A stretch of 64,000 nt of DNA from the human T2T-CHM13v2.0 reference genome, Homo sapiens: the NCBI RefSeq assembly GCF_009914755.1, contig NC_060935.1; one strand, given 5' to 3'. The notes under the pieces are model-generated. The model was not told where the DNA came from. It saw only the letters and a program-made list of their open reading frames with translations, and made no database searches. Positions within the stretch are counted from its first letter, which is position 1. Each line of letters starts with the position of its first letter. This document shows positions 33,400 through 53,040 of this stretch, piece after piece. Position numbers and translations under genes: made by a program.

Positions 33400-33890
33400 T
33401 AACTACTTTTTCCTTGATAAATAACTTCAATTTCCTTATCTATAAAATGCAACACAGATTCATTGCTAAAATTGAAGGAGATAACATGTAAAGCAATTAG
33501 TACAGTACCCTGGCACTTAACAGGTATACTTAACATAGCTAACCTCTTAGAGTAACAATGGCAAAGTATGAGTTTTTTAACTTTCTTAACTTTTTGTTCC
33601 ATTACTTCACACTCTACCAAAACAACAGGAACCAGAAGGCAGTCTAGTATACTGAGAAAGTGAAGGCTAGGAGGCAGATCTAGCTTCAAACCCTGGTTCT
33701 GACATTTGCTAGATATGTAACCATGGGCAATTATTTAATTTCTCTGCACCTTAGTTTCCTCATTTGTAAAATAAACACAATCTCATCTCACCTACCTTAA
33801 AAGATTTTTAGGATAATAAAATGAGATTATCTACATAAAATATCTAGCAACATATTGAGCCCACAAAGTAATAAGTGTTCAATAATTTTT
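33400..33890 (+). mobile_element. Two tandem MIR fragments
   Basis: MIR core aatttctctgcaccttagtttcctcatttgtaaaa at ~33740 and a second tail at 33420-33540. Confidence 0.7.
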
Positions 33891-33902
33891 GGCAATTATT
33901 AG

Positions 33903-34122
33903 CAGGAAAATAATTGCCAAATTTTCTGTAAAAAGCCAGATAGTAAACAATTTAAGCTTTGATAGCCATATGGTCTCTCTACTCAACTCTGCCATCATAG
34001 AGCAAAAGCAATTATAGAAATTACATATATAAGTGGGCATAGCTGTATTCCAATAAAATTTTATTTACAAGAACAGGTAGTGTGCCAGATTGGGCTCCTT
34101 TGATATAGTTTGCTTAACCCTG
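33903..34122 (-). mobile_element. MER58A-like hAT MITE
   Basis: ttttctgtaaaaagccagatagtaaa...gctgtattccaataaaattttatttacaa...tagtttgc. Confidence 0.75.
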
Positions 34123-35316
34123 CTTTAATAGACTCCCCAACTGGAGATATCTAAATAGCTCTCTTATCTATGACCCCCTAGGTATACTCCTTTAATAATC
34201 ATATATATATTTTAGATCACTATTTTGCAAAGTGTGTTCTATATACCACTTGTTTCCTGAGATATTAATATATACTATGCCTTGATAAAATTCTATGTTC
34301 ACATAAGTTTAGAAAGTTCTGAGTTAAATAGATTTTAGTTTTGGTGCAAGCACTAACCAAAAGAAAACTATAATATCAGACAAAAAAGGGTTAAAGGCAA
34401 AGAGTATTATTAGAGATAAAGATAATAGTAACAGTAATAGTAATGATTAAAAAGTCAATTCATCAATAAGATATAACAGTTCTAACTTTATATAAACTTA
34501 ATGCCATATTCTCAAAATATTTAGCTAAGCTTGCCAGAAGTATAAGAGAAGTCCATAACTGAAAGTAAAAATTTTAAAATATTCTCTGGATAAATGATAA
34601 AATAAGTAGACTTTTAAAGGCAGAAAAATATAAAAGACTTAATTAATATCATCAACAAATTTGACCTAATTGACATATTTATAATGGTACACCCAACAAC
34701 TGCAACAAGTGCACAAAAAACAGTATTTTTAAGCAAACATCATACCATGATTCTTATTAATAAAATGTCAACAGCATTTTCTTTGAGATACAGAATGCAA
34801 CAAAGATGCCCACTACTTCTATTTTCAACATTGCATTGGAAGTATTAGACAGTACAATTAGACAAGAAAAATACATGCAAAATATAAAAATTTAAAAGAA
34901 GAAATCAAATTGTCAGAATTTGTAGATGATATGATTATATAGAAAGAAAATTCAAAAGAACCTACAGATGAAGAATTACTATTAACAAATGGGCTTGGCA
35001 ATTTTGTTTTATGCAAGAGCATTGTACAAAAACTATATATTGCTTTTCTACATATAATCCCAGGCAAAATGAAATTTATAAATATCATTTATATAAAACT
35101 ATCACAAATATCAAATACCTAGGTAAGACTTGTAATGAAAGATATGCAAGGCCTCATTGCAATAAACTATGTAACATTTTTGAGAATAAGTTAAGGCCCA
35201 GCAAGTGGACAGCTACACTATGTCATGGATTGGAAGACTCAAAATTATAAAGAAGTCAATCTCCCCAAATTAATCTGGAGATTCAGTGCAATTCCAATCT
35301 GAATTCCAACAGTCTA

Positions 35317-35359
35317 TGTGTGTGTGTGTGTGTGGTGTGCGTGTGTCTGTGTGTGTGTG
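35317..35359 (+). repeat. (TG)n microsatellite, imperfect
   Basis: tgtgtgtgtgtgtgtgtggtgtgcgtgtgtctgtgtgtgtgtg. Confidence 0.9.
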
Positions 35360-36067
35360 CCTAATATAGTAAGTTCATTTTGAAATTCATATGAAAATCC
35401 AAACATCTAAGAAAAGACAAGAAAATCTTGAGCACAAAGAATAGACTTGATCTATCAGATATCAAGATAAACTATAAAGCAACAGTAATTAATACAGAGT
35501 AACTGGCACAAGAGGAGAAAAACATTCCTTTGGAACAGACTAGAGAGCACAGAAAAAGGAATAAAAACTAAGCAGGTATATGTTTTAGACATCTATATGA
35601 AAAAACAAAATAAAACTTGCTCTCTATCTCATATCATACAATGCAAAGATCAGTTCCAGGTAGTCTATGGGTCTAAATTAAAAAGGTAAAACAATGACTA
35701 GAGATTCCGAACCTGCGATCAATAAAGTACTAGGGGTTCTATGGAAGGCCTTCAAAGGTTCCATGAACACCTTAAAGTTATATAAAATGATTTGTATGTT
35801 TCTGGAGAAATTACCCATATCTTTCATCACCTTCTCAAAAAAAATACACTACCTAAAAAAGTAGCTTAAGAATGTCCTCATGAATTCAGGGTAAGAAAAG
35901 ATTTTTTAAACAAAATATTGAAAGCATTACCCAAAACGGGAAAAGTAGATAAATTTTATTTGATTACATAAATAATATTAAGCACTTCTGTTCGTCAAAA
36001 GACACCATAAGAGAGTAAAAGGCATCTTTTAGTGTGGAAAAAAGGTATCTACAAAATAGAAAAGATG

Positions 36068-36549
36068 CCATTGGTGCTGCTACTTAGGAGTTCCCTGGAC
36101 CAGTTCTGATTTTAGCCAGAGCTGCAATGGACAGTCCCATGCAAGCGCAGACTGGCCTTGCTAGTATCTCATCTCAAGCAATCACTGAACATTCTGCCAC
36201 CTTCTGCTTCATGACCTTCTCTGAAGCCCACGGAAATATGTTTAGCCCAGCACAAGCTCACCTTGGGAGATGGGGGAGTAAACACCACTAGAAGAAACTC
36301 TTAATCAGCATTGAGTAAGTGCTTCAGACTCTCCTCCTTCAGGAAGGCTTTCTGTGCCCTTCTCAGAGGTTCTAAAAGAATCCAGTTCCCATTGCCTATA
36401 GTGTGACCTTAATAAGAAGGAGGCTTTTTCCTTCTTCCAAACCTCACTACTCCCTCACTTCTACTTCCTCAGATTATCTCCCAAAAAGCTATCAGTACCC
36501 TAGTCCTCATCAAAAGGCTCTACTTTTGTTGGAATCCAAACTAAGACTA
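36068..36549 (+). mobile_element. LTR16-like ERVL solo LTR
   Basis: 3' end aggctctacttttgttggaatccaaactaagact resembles the LTR16 terminus; ~480-bp GC-richer island interrupting the L1M. Confidence 0.6.
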
Positions 36550-37910
36550 CAAACTGGTCTGTACCCAGAATGTATTAAAACGCCTACAAATCAATAAAAG
36601 AAGACAAGAAATTGAATAGAAAAATGGAACCAAAAACGGATTCATAAAAGAGGATTTCTATATGGCCAATAAACATCAAAATGTGCTTAACTTCATTAAT
36701 ATTTAAGGAACTGAAAATAAAAATTATGAGATGTCACTTCATATCCACCAGAATGTTTAAACTATAAAGACTGATAATATAAATAATGGGAGAAAGTATA
36801 TGACAACAGGAACTCTCATACTCTGCTAGTGGAAGTGTAAATTAGAAGAATTTGTGTAACAGCTTGACATTATCTAATATAGATAAAAATACCACATCCT
36901 ATCATCCAGAAATTCTACTTCTAAGAATTTACCCAACAAAGGTGCAGGCACTTGCACACCAAGTATACAAGAATGCATTATTCATATTAGTCCCAAACTG
37001 GAAATGTCTGTCAACAGCGGAATGGGCAAACTGTGATATAATCATAGAATGGAACACTATAAAACAATGAAAATGAGCAAATTACTGCTACACGAAATAA
37101 CAAAAATGTATCTCACAAATCTTATATGAAATGAAAGGATCCAGAAACAAAAGGATATATAAAGACCATTTATATAAAGTAAAGAACAGACAGATCCAAC
37201 AGTGTGTTGTATAAGCATGCATGCTCTGGGGGTGAAACTATAAAGAAAAGCAAGAAGTGATTATCATAAAAGAAAGGTAATGATGTTTTTTCCCTTTGGA
37301 GGAGGAAGGGGAGTAGTGGTTGGTATAGGAAGAAGAAAGGCTTCCGGGTAATATAAACATTCTACTTCTTAACCTGGGTGGTAGTTACACAGATATTCAT
37401 TTTATGATACAACTTCTTCTTTTGTGCACATTTCTATTTTGTATTTGGGTATTATATTCTATAATAAAAAGGTTAAAAACAAGTTTTTCTCGAATGCCTA
37501 ATATTTAAATATAATATAAGCAATCTAATTCAAATGATAAAAATACAAACTAAAACAACGAGATGTCAGTTTTCACCTGTATGGTCCAGAGTATACAGAA
37601 ATAAGCGTTCTCAAACATTATTGTTAGGAGTACAAATTGACACAGCAGCTACGAAAGGCAATTTGATAATATTTATTTAAAATTTAAATTGAATATAAGC
37701 TTTAACCCATAATTCCATCTCTAGAAATTTTTCCTACGTAGACATTTGTACAAGAACACAAAGAAGGATATACAAGAATATTCGCTGCAATATTGTTAGT
37801 AACACCAAAATATTAGAACCAATCAAAAAGTCCATTAATGAAGACAGGTTAAATATGTTATAGTACACCCAGACACTGGAATATAATGTAGTCAGTTACA
37901 AGAAATGAGA

Positions 37911-38236
<326 letters not shown>

Positions 38237-40147
38237 CTACACATCCTGATACATATATCCTCAATATGTATTGTGAAACTTTTAAAAAGCGATATACAAA
38301 AGCAAATATGTATAATAAAGTACCATTTGTGTTAAGGAAAAACAAACAAAGAGGCTTCAAGATTGCTGACTAGAGGCATCTGGTAGGCCTCCTACACAAA
38401 GAAGAACCAAAATAGGAAGTCAATAATCACCCTTCAAATCGATCACTTAAGAGAGAACACTGAAATTCAATAGGGAAGTAATAGGAAATACCTAAGGCAA
38501 GGAAGGAAAGGGAAACCAAGCAGCCTGCCTGGCAATATCAGCTGGGAGGTTGGAGAGACTCCCCAACATAGGGAAAATGGAAGTGAAAGACCCTCAGTGG
38601 TTCATATTCCCACAGTGAACTCCTGCACTCCTAATCATAGGGGAGCTTGTCAACCTTGGTGGGCACTGAGACTAACACAGGAAGCTGCCAGGAGACCACG
38701 TAACAATATTGCTCCCAAGAGGGAGCTCACATTGGTTCTCACACACTGCCCCAAGTCCTAAGCAACTACAGCAAGATGCCATTTTGAGAGCCCAGCACCC
38801 TCCAGACTGCATCCTGCCTTGGAGCCCAACAGCCCCTGCATCTCCACATCCCTGGATCCCCATTGACACCCTCCACCTGCAGCCAGTCACTACTGCTGGC
38901 TGCCACTGCCAAAGCTGAAACATGAGCCACTGGCAACAATCCCACCATTCCTAGCAGCAGGGCCATAGTTCATTTACAACCATCCTAAGGACAGACAACC
39001 CTGCCCATAGCCACTACCTGGGGCCAAAGCACATGCTCCCTAGCCACCTGTCTATAGCTGCTACCACTGAAAGCACCTCCACAATCCCTAAAAGCAGGGC
39101 TGCAGCACAGTCACTGCTGTCCCCTCTCAAACATTCTGCCATGAGCCTGGAAATCATCCTGCCCCCACCTATCAAAACTAGTGCCCATATGTACCACCAA
39201 GGGGGACTTGGGACAGATCCACCTGGCAGTGCTCTGCCCCACCAAGTGCCACATCATCTGGGTGCTTGGGGATTGCTCTGCCCTATCCACCACCATTGGC
39301 TCCCAAGTACTCCTCCTGGGAACCTGAGGACAAGCTTACCCAATCTACCACTACCACAATAGCTGGCACCCACCCCCATGTGCCACCTGTGGTTCAAGGA
39401 CTGTCCACCAAGCCTGTCATAGTTACTGCCAACACAAGCACAGATCTGTTGTGAGCCAAAAGGTTGTTCCCCCACTGCTACTGCCATTGCCCATGCAACA
39501 CCCACTGGCCAGGGACCCAAAGACCCTTCCACCCACTCAGGCCACCATTACCACTCCTGACACCCAAGAAGCTACCTGAAGGCCTAAGAATCAGCCCACC
39601 TAGATCCACTAACACCAGTGCCAATGTATGACACTCTAGGGCCCAAGAACAGGCATGCTTAGCCTGCTACTGTAACCACTGGGGAACAAGGACTGGCCCA
39701 TCTGGTGTCCCTGTCTCCAACAAAATATCACCACAGCCTCCACTAACAACCACAGCCTAAGCCACTGAGGAAATCTCAGACACCATTGACACTGTTTACA
39801 GCCAAAGAAATCATACAGAGACTACACAAATGCATGTACCCAGGATCAAAGCCAAAGTGCTCTACTCAACGAACCCCATAGACAGAGCTTCAAGGAAGAG
39901 TCCTCTGCTATAAATGTAAATTCAGAAAATTAGAAGTAATTATTAAACCAGATGTGCAGATATCAATGCAAAGATATAGAAACATGAAAAAGCAAGGAAA
40001 TATGACAGGTCCAATGGAAAACAATAATTCTCCAGCAATATATTTCAATGAAAAAAAACTTATGAAATCCCAGAAAAATAATTCAAAATAATGATATTAC
40101 AGAAGATCAATGAGACACAAGAGAACATGGATTAAAAAAAAAAAACA

Positions 40148-41174
40148 GAGGGTGGAGCCAACATGGCTGAATAGGAACAGCTCCAGTCTACAGCTCCCAG
40201 CGTGAGAAACGCAGAAGATGGGTGATTTCTGCATTTCCAACTGAGGTACCAGGTTCATCTCACTGGGGAGTTTCGGAAAGTGGGTGCAGGACAGTGGGTG
40301 CAATGCACCGAGCATGAGCCAAAGCAGGGCAAGGCATCGCCTCACCCGGGAAGTGCAAGGGGTCAGGGAATTCCCTTTCCTAGTCAAAGAAAGGGGTGAC
40401 AGACAACACCTGGAAAATTGGGTCACTCCCACCCTAATACTGTGCTTTTCCAATGGTCTTAGCAAACGGCACACCAGGAGATTGTATCCCGTGCCTGGAT
40501 CAGAGGGTCCTACGCCCACAGAGCCTCTCTCATTGCTAGCACAGCAGTCTGAGATCAAACTGCAAGGCTGCAGCAAGGCTGGGGGAGGGGCACACACCAC
40601 TGCTGAGGCTTGAGTAGGTAAACAAAGCCACTGGGAAGCTCAAACTGGGTGGAGCCCACCGCAGGTCAAGGAGGCCTGCCTGCCTCTATAGACTCCACCT
40701 CTGGGGAGAGTGCATAGCCAGACAAAAGGCAGCAGAAACCTCTGCAGACTTAAATGTCCCTGTCTGACAGCTTTGAAGAGAGTAGTGGTTCTCCCAGCAC
40801 ACAGCTGGAGATCTGAGAACGGACAGACTGCCTCCTAAACTGGGTCTCTGACACGCGAGTAGCCTAACTGGGAGGCACCCCCAGTAGGGGCAGACTGACA
40901 CCTCAAACGGCTGGGTACTCCTCTGAGACAAAACTTCCAGAGGAACGATCAGGCAGCAACATTTGCTGTTCACCAATATCCGCTGTTCTGCAGCCTCTGT
41001 TGCTGATACCCAGGCAAACAGGGACTAGAGTGGACCTCCAGCAAACTCCAACAGACCTGCAGATGAGGGTCCTAACTGTTAGAAGGAAAACTAACACACA
41101 GAAAGGACATCCACACCAAAACCCCATCTGTATGTCACCATCGTCAAAGACAAAAGGTATACTAAACCACAAAG
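40148..41174. promoter_or_regulatory. L1 5'UTR with internal sense promoter and antisense promoter (ASP) region
   Basis: Complete 5'UTR with partial CpG decay; YY1 core altered (ccaacatggc versus ccaagatggc); function inferred from known L1 biology. Confidence 0.6.
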
Positions 41175-42182
41175 ATGGGGAAAAAACAGAGCAGAAAAAC
41201 TGGAATCTCTAAAAATCAGAATGCCTCTCCTCCTCCAAAGGAATGCAGGTCCTCACCAGCAACGGAACAAAGCTGGACAGAGAATGACTTTGATAAGTTG
41301 AGAGAAGAAGGCTTCAGACAATCAAACTACTCCGAGATAAAGGAGGAAGTTCAAACCCATGGCAAAGAAGTTAAAAACCTTGAAAAAAAATTAGATGAAT
41401 GGCTAACTAGAATAACCAATGTACAGAAGTCCTTAAAGGACCTGACAGAGCTGAAAACCACGGCATGAGAACTACGTGACGAATGCACAAGCCTAAGTAG
41501 CCGATTTGATCAACTGGAAGAAAGGGAATCAGTGATGGAAGATGAAATGAATGAAATGAAGCGAGAAGAGAAGTTTAGAGAAAAAAGAATAAAAACAAAT
41601 GAACAAAGCCTCCAAGAAATATGGGACTATGTGAAAAGACCAAATCTACGTCTGATTCGTGTACCTGAAAGTGACGGGGAGAAGGGAACCAAGTTGGAAA
41701 ACACTCTGCAGGATATTATCCAGGAGAACTTCTCCAATCTAGCAAGGCAGGCCAACATTCACATTCAGGAAATACAGAGAATGCCACAAAGATACTCCTC
41801 CAGAAGAGCAACTCCAAGACACATAACTGTCAGATTCACCAAAGTTGAAATGAAGGAAAAAATATTAAGCGAAGCCAGAGAGAAAGGTCGGGTTACCCAC
41901 AAAGGGAAGCCCATCAGACTAACAGCTGATCTCTTGGCAGAAACTCTACAAGCCAGAAGACAGTGGGGGCCAATATTCAACATTCTTGAAGAAAAGAATT
42001 TTCAACCTACAATTTCATATCCAGCCAAACTAAGCTTCATAAGTGAAGGAGAATTTACAGAGAAGCAAATGCTGAGAGATTTTGTCACCACCAGGCCTGC
42101 CCTAAAAGAGCTCCTGAAGGAAGCACTAAACATGGAAAGGAACAACCGGTACCAGCCACTGCAAAAACATGCCAAATTGTAA
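41175..42182 (+). pseudogene. L1 ORF1p, disrupted
   Basis: MGKKQSRKTG...KHAKL; in-frame TGA at 41466-41468; apparent 9-nt deletion near 42052. Confidence 0.9.
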
Positions 42183-42246
42183 AGACCATCGAGGCTAGGA
42201 TGAAACTGCATCAACTAACAAGCAAAATAACCAGCTAACATCATAA

Positions 42247-46072
<3,826 letters not shown>

Positions 46073-47577
46073 ACAATGAGAACACATGGACACAGGAAGT
46101 GGAACATCACACACTGGGCCTGTTGTGGGGTGGAGGGAGTGGGGAGGGATAGCATTAGGAGATATACCTAATGTTAAATAATGAGTTAATGGGTGCAGCA
46201 CACCAACATGACACATGTATACATATGTAACAAACGTGCACGTTGTTAACATGTACCCTAAAATTTAAGTATAATAATAAAAAAAATCCAGAAAAACAAT
46301 TCAGGAGAGAAATGAGAAATTTGCCAAAGAGATAAATATCATTAAAAAAATTCTGTAACTGAGGAATTCATTAAATGAAATAAAAAATACATTTGAAAGC
46401 TTCGATCATACACTATATCAAGTAGAAGAACAAATTTCAGAACTTGAAGGCAGGTCTTTTGAAATAACCAAGTCAGATTAAAATAAAGAAAAAAAGAACT
46501 TTTAAGAATGAAGGAAGACTATGTGATCTGTGGGACACCATAAAGTGACCTAATATTCAAATTTTCAGTGTCTCAGAAGGTGACAAGAAAACAAACAGGA
46601 TAGAAAACCTATTTAACCAATTCATAGCTAAAAACTCCCCACATCTAGCAAGAGAATTAGACATCCAGATATGAGAAGCTCAGAGATCCCCAGAGAGATG
46701 CAAGTTAAAAAGGTCTTCTCCACGGTACATTATAGTCAAACTGTCAAAAGTTAAAGAGAGAATTAAAACAGCAAGAGAAAAGTGCCCAGTAACTTAGAAA
46801 AGCACCCCCGTCAAACTAATAGCAGATTTATCAGCAGAAATCTTACAGGCCAGGACAGAATGGGATAATATATTCAAAATGTTAAGAGAAAAATAAAACT
46901 GCCACTAAATATACAATACCCAGCAAAGTTATCCTTCATAAATGAAAGAGAAATAAAGTCTTTTCTAGATAAGCAAAAACTGAGGGAATTCATCACCACA
47001 GGACAAGCTCTACAAGAAATGCTTATGGAGTTCTACCCCTGGAAGTGATAAGACAACATCTACCACCATGAAAAAAAAAAAACATGAAAGTATAAAACTG
47101 GTAGAGCAAACACATAAATAAGAGAAAGAATTCAAATGTTACCACTACAGAAAATTACCAAACCACAATGTTAAATAAGAGAGAAAGAAAGGAACAAATT
47201 GTAGGCAAAGCAAACAGAAATCAATTCATAAAATGACAGGAATAAGCCTTCACATATCAATAATAACCTTTAATGTAAAAGGATTAAACTTTCTACTAAA
47301 AATATATAGACTGGTTGAATGAATACAAAATATAGCCCAAGTATATGCTGTCTACAGGAAACTCATGTCACCTGTGAAGACACAGAGCGACTGAAAGTAA
47401 AGGAATGGAAAAGATATTCCACACAAAGGAATACCAAAAGTCAGCAGGAGTAGCTATACTTATGTCAGATAACACAGACTTTATGTCAAAAACAGTAAGT
47501 AAAAAGAGATGAAAATGTCATTATATAATGATAAAGGGAACAACTCAGCAAGAGGATGTAAGAATTCTAAATTTATC

Positions 47578-47905
<328 letters not shown>

Positions 47906-48443
47906 TCAATACCAGAGCCCCCAAATATATAAAGCAAATATGAATAGATCTATAGGACTTTCCTCTAATAACTAGAACAAGACAAGAATGCCTACTTTTC
48001 ACCACTCCTATTCAACATAATACTGAAAGTCCTAGCCAGAACAATTAGGCAAGAAAAAGGAATAAAAGGCATACAAATTGGAAAAGAAGTCAAATTGTCC
48101 CTCTTTGCAGAGGACATAATCTTACATCTAGAAAAATCTTAAGACTCCACCAAAAACTCTTACATCTGACCAACAAGTTCAGTGAAGTTTCAGGATACAA
48201 AATACATATAAAAATCTGAAGTAATTCTATGCACCAATAATAAATTAGCTGAGAAAGAAATCAAGAGGGCAATCCTATTTACAATAGCTACAAAAAAAAA
48301 CTTCGAAATAAATTTAATCAAGGATAAAGACCTCTACAAGGAAAACTGTAAACCACTGATGGAAAAAAAAATGAAGAGGACACAAAAAAATAGAAAGACA
48401 TCCCATGCTCATGGACTGGAAAAATTAATATTGTTAAAATAAC

Positions 48444-51119
<2,676 letters not shown>

Positions 51120-52955
51120 ATAACCATACTAACCAAAGCAACCTGTAGAGTCAATGCAATCCCTATCAAAATACCAATGTCATTTTTTCACAGAAATAGA
51201 AGGAAACACTCCTAAAATTTTTATGAAACTAAAAAAAGGGCCCAAATAGCCAAACCAATACTAAGCAAAAAGAAAAAAGCTCAAGGCATAATGCTATCTG
51301 ACTTCAAAATACATTACAAGGCTATATAAAACAGAACAACATGGTATTGGTATCAAAACAGACATAGACAAATGGAACAATACAGAGAACCCAGAAATAA
51401 ACCCACATATTTACAGCCAACTGATTTTTGACAAAGGTGCCAAGAACATACATTGGGGAAAAGACACCCTCTTCTAGAAATGATGCTGGGAAAATTGGAT
51501 ATCCATATGCAAAAGAATGAAATGAGACTAAAATCAACTCAAGATGAATTAAAGACTTAAACATAGACCTGAAACTATAAAACTACTAGGAGAAATACTT
51601 CAAGACATAGGTCTAGGCAAAGATTTTATGGCTAAGACTTCAAAAGCAATGGAAATGAAAACAAAAATAGACAAAAGTGACTATACTACACCAAAAAGCT
51701 TCTGCACAGCAAAGGAAACAATGAACAGAGTGAAGAGACAATACGTGGAATGGGAGAAAATATTTGTAAACTAGTAATCTGACAATGGACCAACATCCAG
51801 AATTTACAAGAAACTAAAACAACTCAACTATTAAAAAAAAGGACAACTAATTCTATTAAAAAGTAGGCAAAGGACATGAATACATAAATAATAAATTCTC
51901 AAAAGAAAACATAAAATCAGCCAACAGACATGAAAAAATGTTCAACATCACTAATCATCAAGAAAATACAAATCAAAATCACAATGAAATATCATCTTAC
52001 TGCAGCTAGAATGGCTACTACTAAAAAGACAAAAAAATAACAGATGCCAGTGAGGAGGATGTGGAGAAAAGAAAACTTTTCTAACTGGAGAGTTCTCAAA
52101 AAGCAAAAAACAGAACTACCATAGCATCCAGCAATCCAGCTACTAGGTATTTATCCAAAGGAAAGGAAATCAGTATATCAAAGAGATACCTACACCTCCA
52201 TGTTTACTGCAGCACTATTCACTGTAGCAAAGTCATAAAATCAACCTCAGTGTCAGAAAATATGGTCTATATACACAATGGAATACTATTTGGCCATAAA
52301 AAAAATAAATCATGTCATTTTCTGCAACATGGGTGGAACTGGAGGTCATTATGTTAAGTGAGATAAGCCAGGCACAGAAAGAAAAATACTGCATGTTCTC
52401 CCGCATACATGAGAGGTAAAAAAAAAATGTGGTCATGATCATGGAGAGAGAGTATAGACCCGAGGTTAGGAATGATGTGTGGGTAGGAGGGTGGGAGATG
52501 AGGAAAGGTTGGTTAATGAGTACAAACCTATAGTTAGATAGAAGGGAAAAGTTCTATGTTCAATAGCAGAGTAGGATGACTATCATTAACAACAATGTAT
52601 TATATCAAAATAGCTGGAAGAGAGGACTTGAAATGTTCCCAACACATAGAAATGATAAATACTTAAAGTGATGAGTCCTAAATACCCCGACATGATCATT
52701 ATACACTCTAGGCTTATAAGAAAATAACATGTATACTCCATAAATATATGCAAATACGTACCAATAAAGACATAACAATTAAATAAAAAGAAAAAATTTC
52801 ACAGAACATATTTTGATAAATACATTAAAAACTGGTAATAGACATGGCTTCCAGGGAGAGAACCTGAGAACTGAGGAACTTGCAGGAAATAAACAGGAGA
52901 CCTGTTTTTTACTCTATACCTTTTGTACCTTTAGAAATGTTTACCATATATGTGT

Positions 52956-53040
52956 ATTTATTTAATTGCATTTATTTAATTGAATTTATATATTTATACC
53001 ATATATATTCAATTAAATAAATTTATTTCAGAAATAAATT
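52956..53040. repeat. AT-rich compound inverted repeats
   Basis: atttatttaattgaat (52970-85) / attcaattaaataaat (53007-22); aatttatttc-a-gaaataaatt (53020-40). Confidence 0.8.

Larger units (their letters stand above)
34345..37480 (+). mobile_element. Fragmented old L1M (MC/MD/ME) ORF2-to-3'UTR relic
   Basis: EN remnants at 34350-34700, RT remnant (tttgtagatgatatgattatata), later ORF2 and 3'UTR motifs; interrupted by (TG)n and an LTR. Confidence 0.7.

Noticed and set aside
38672-39532. GC-richer ORF cluster resembling a gene or CpG island
   Set aside because: It is the CpG-depleted 5'UTR of the old L1
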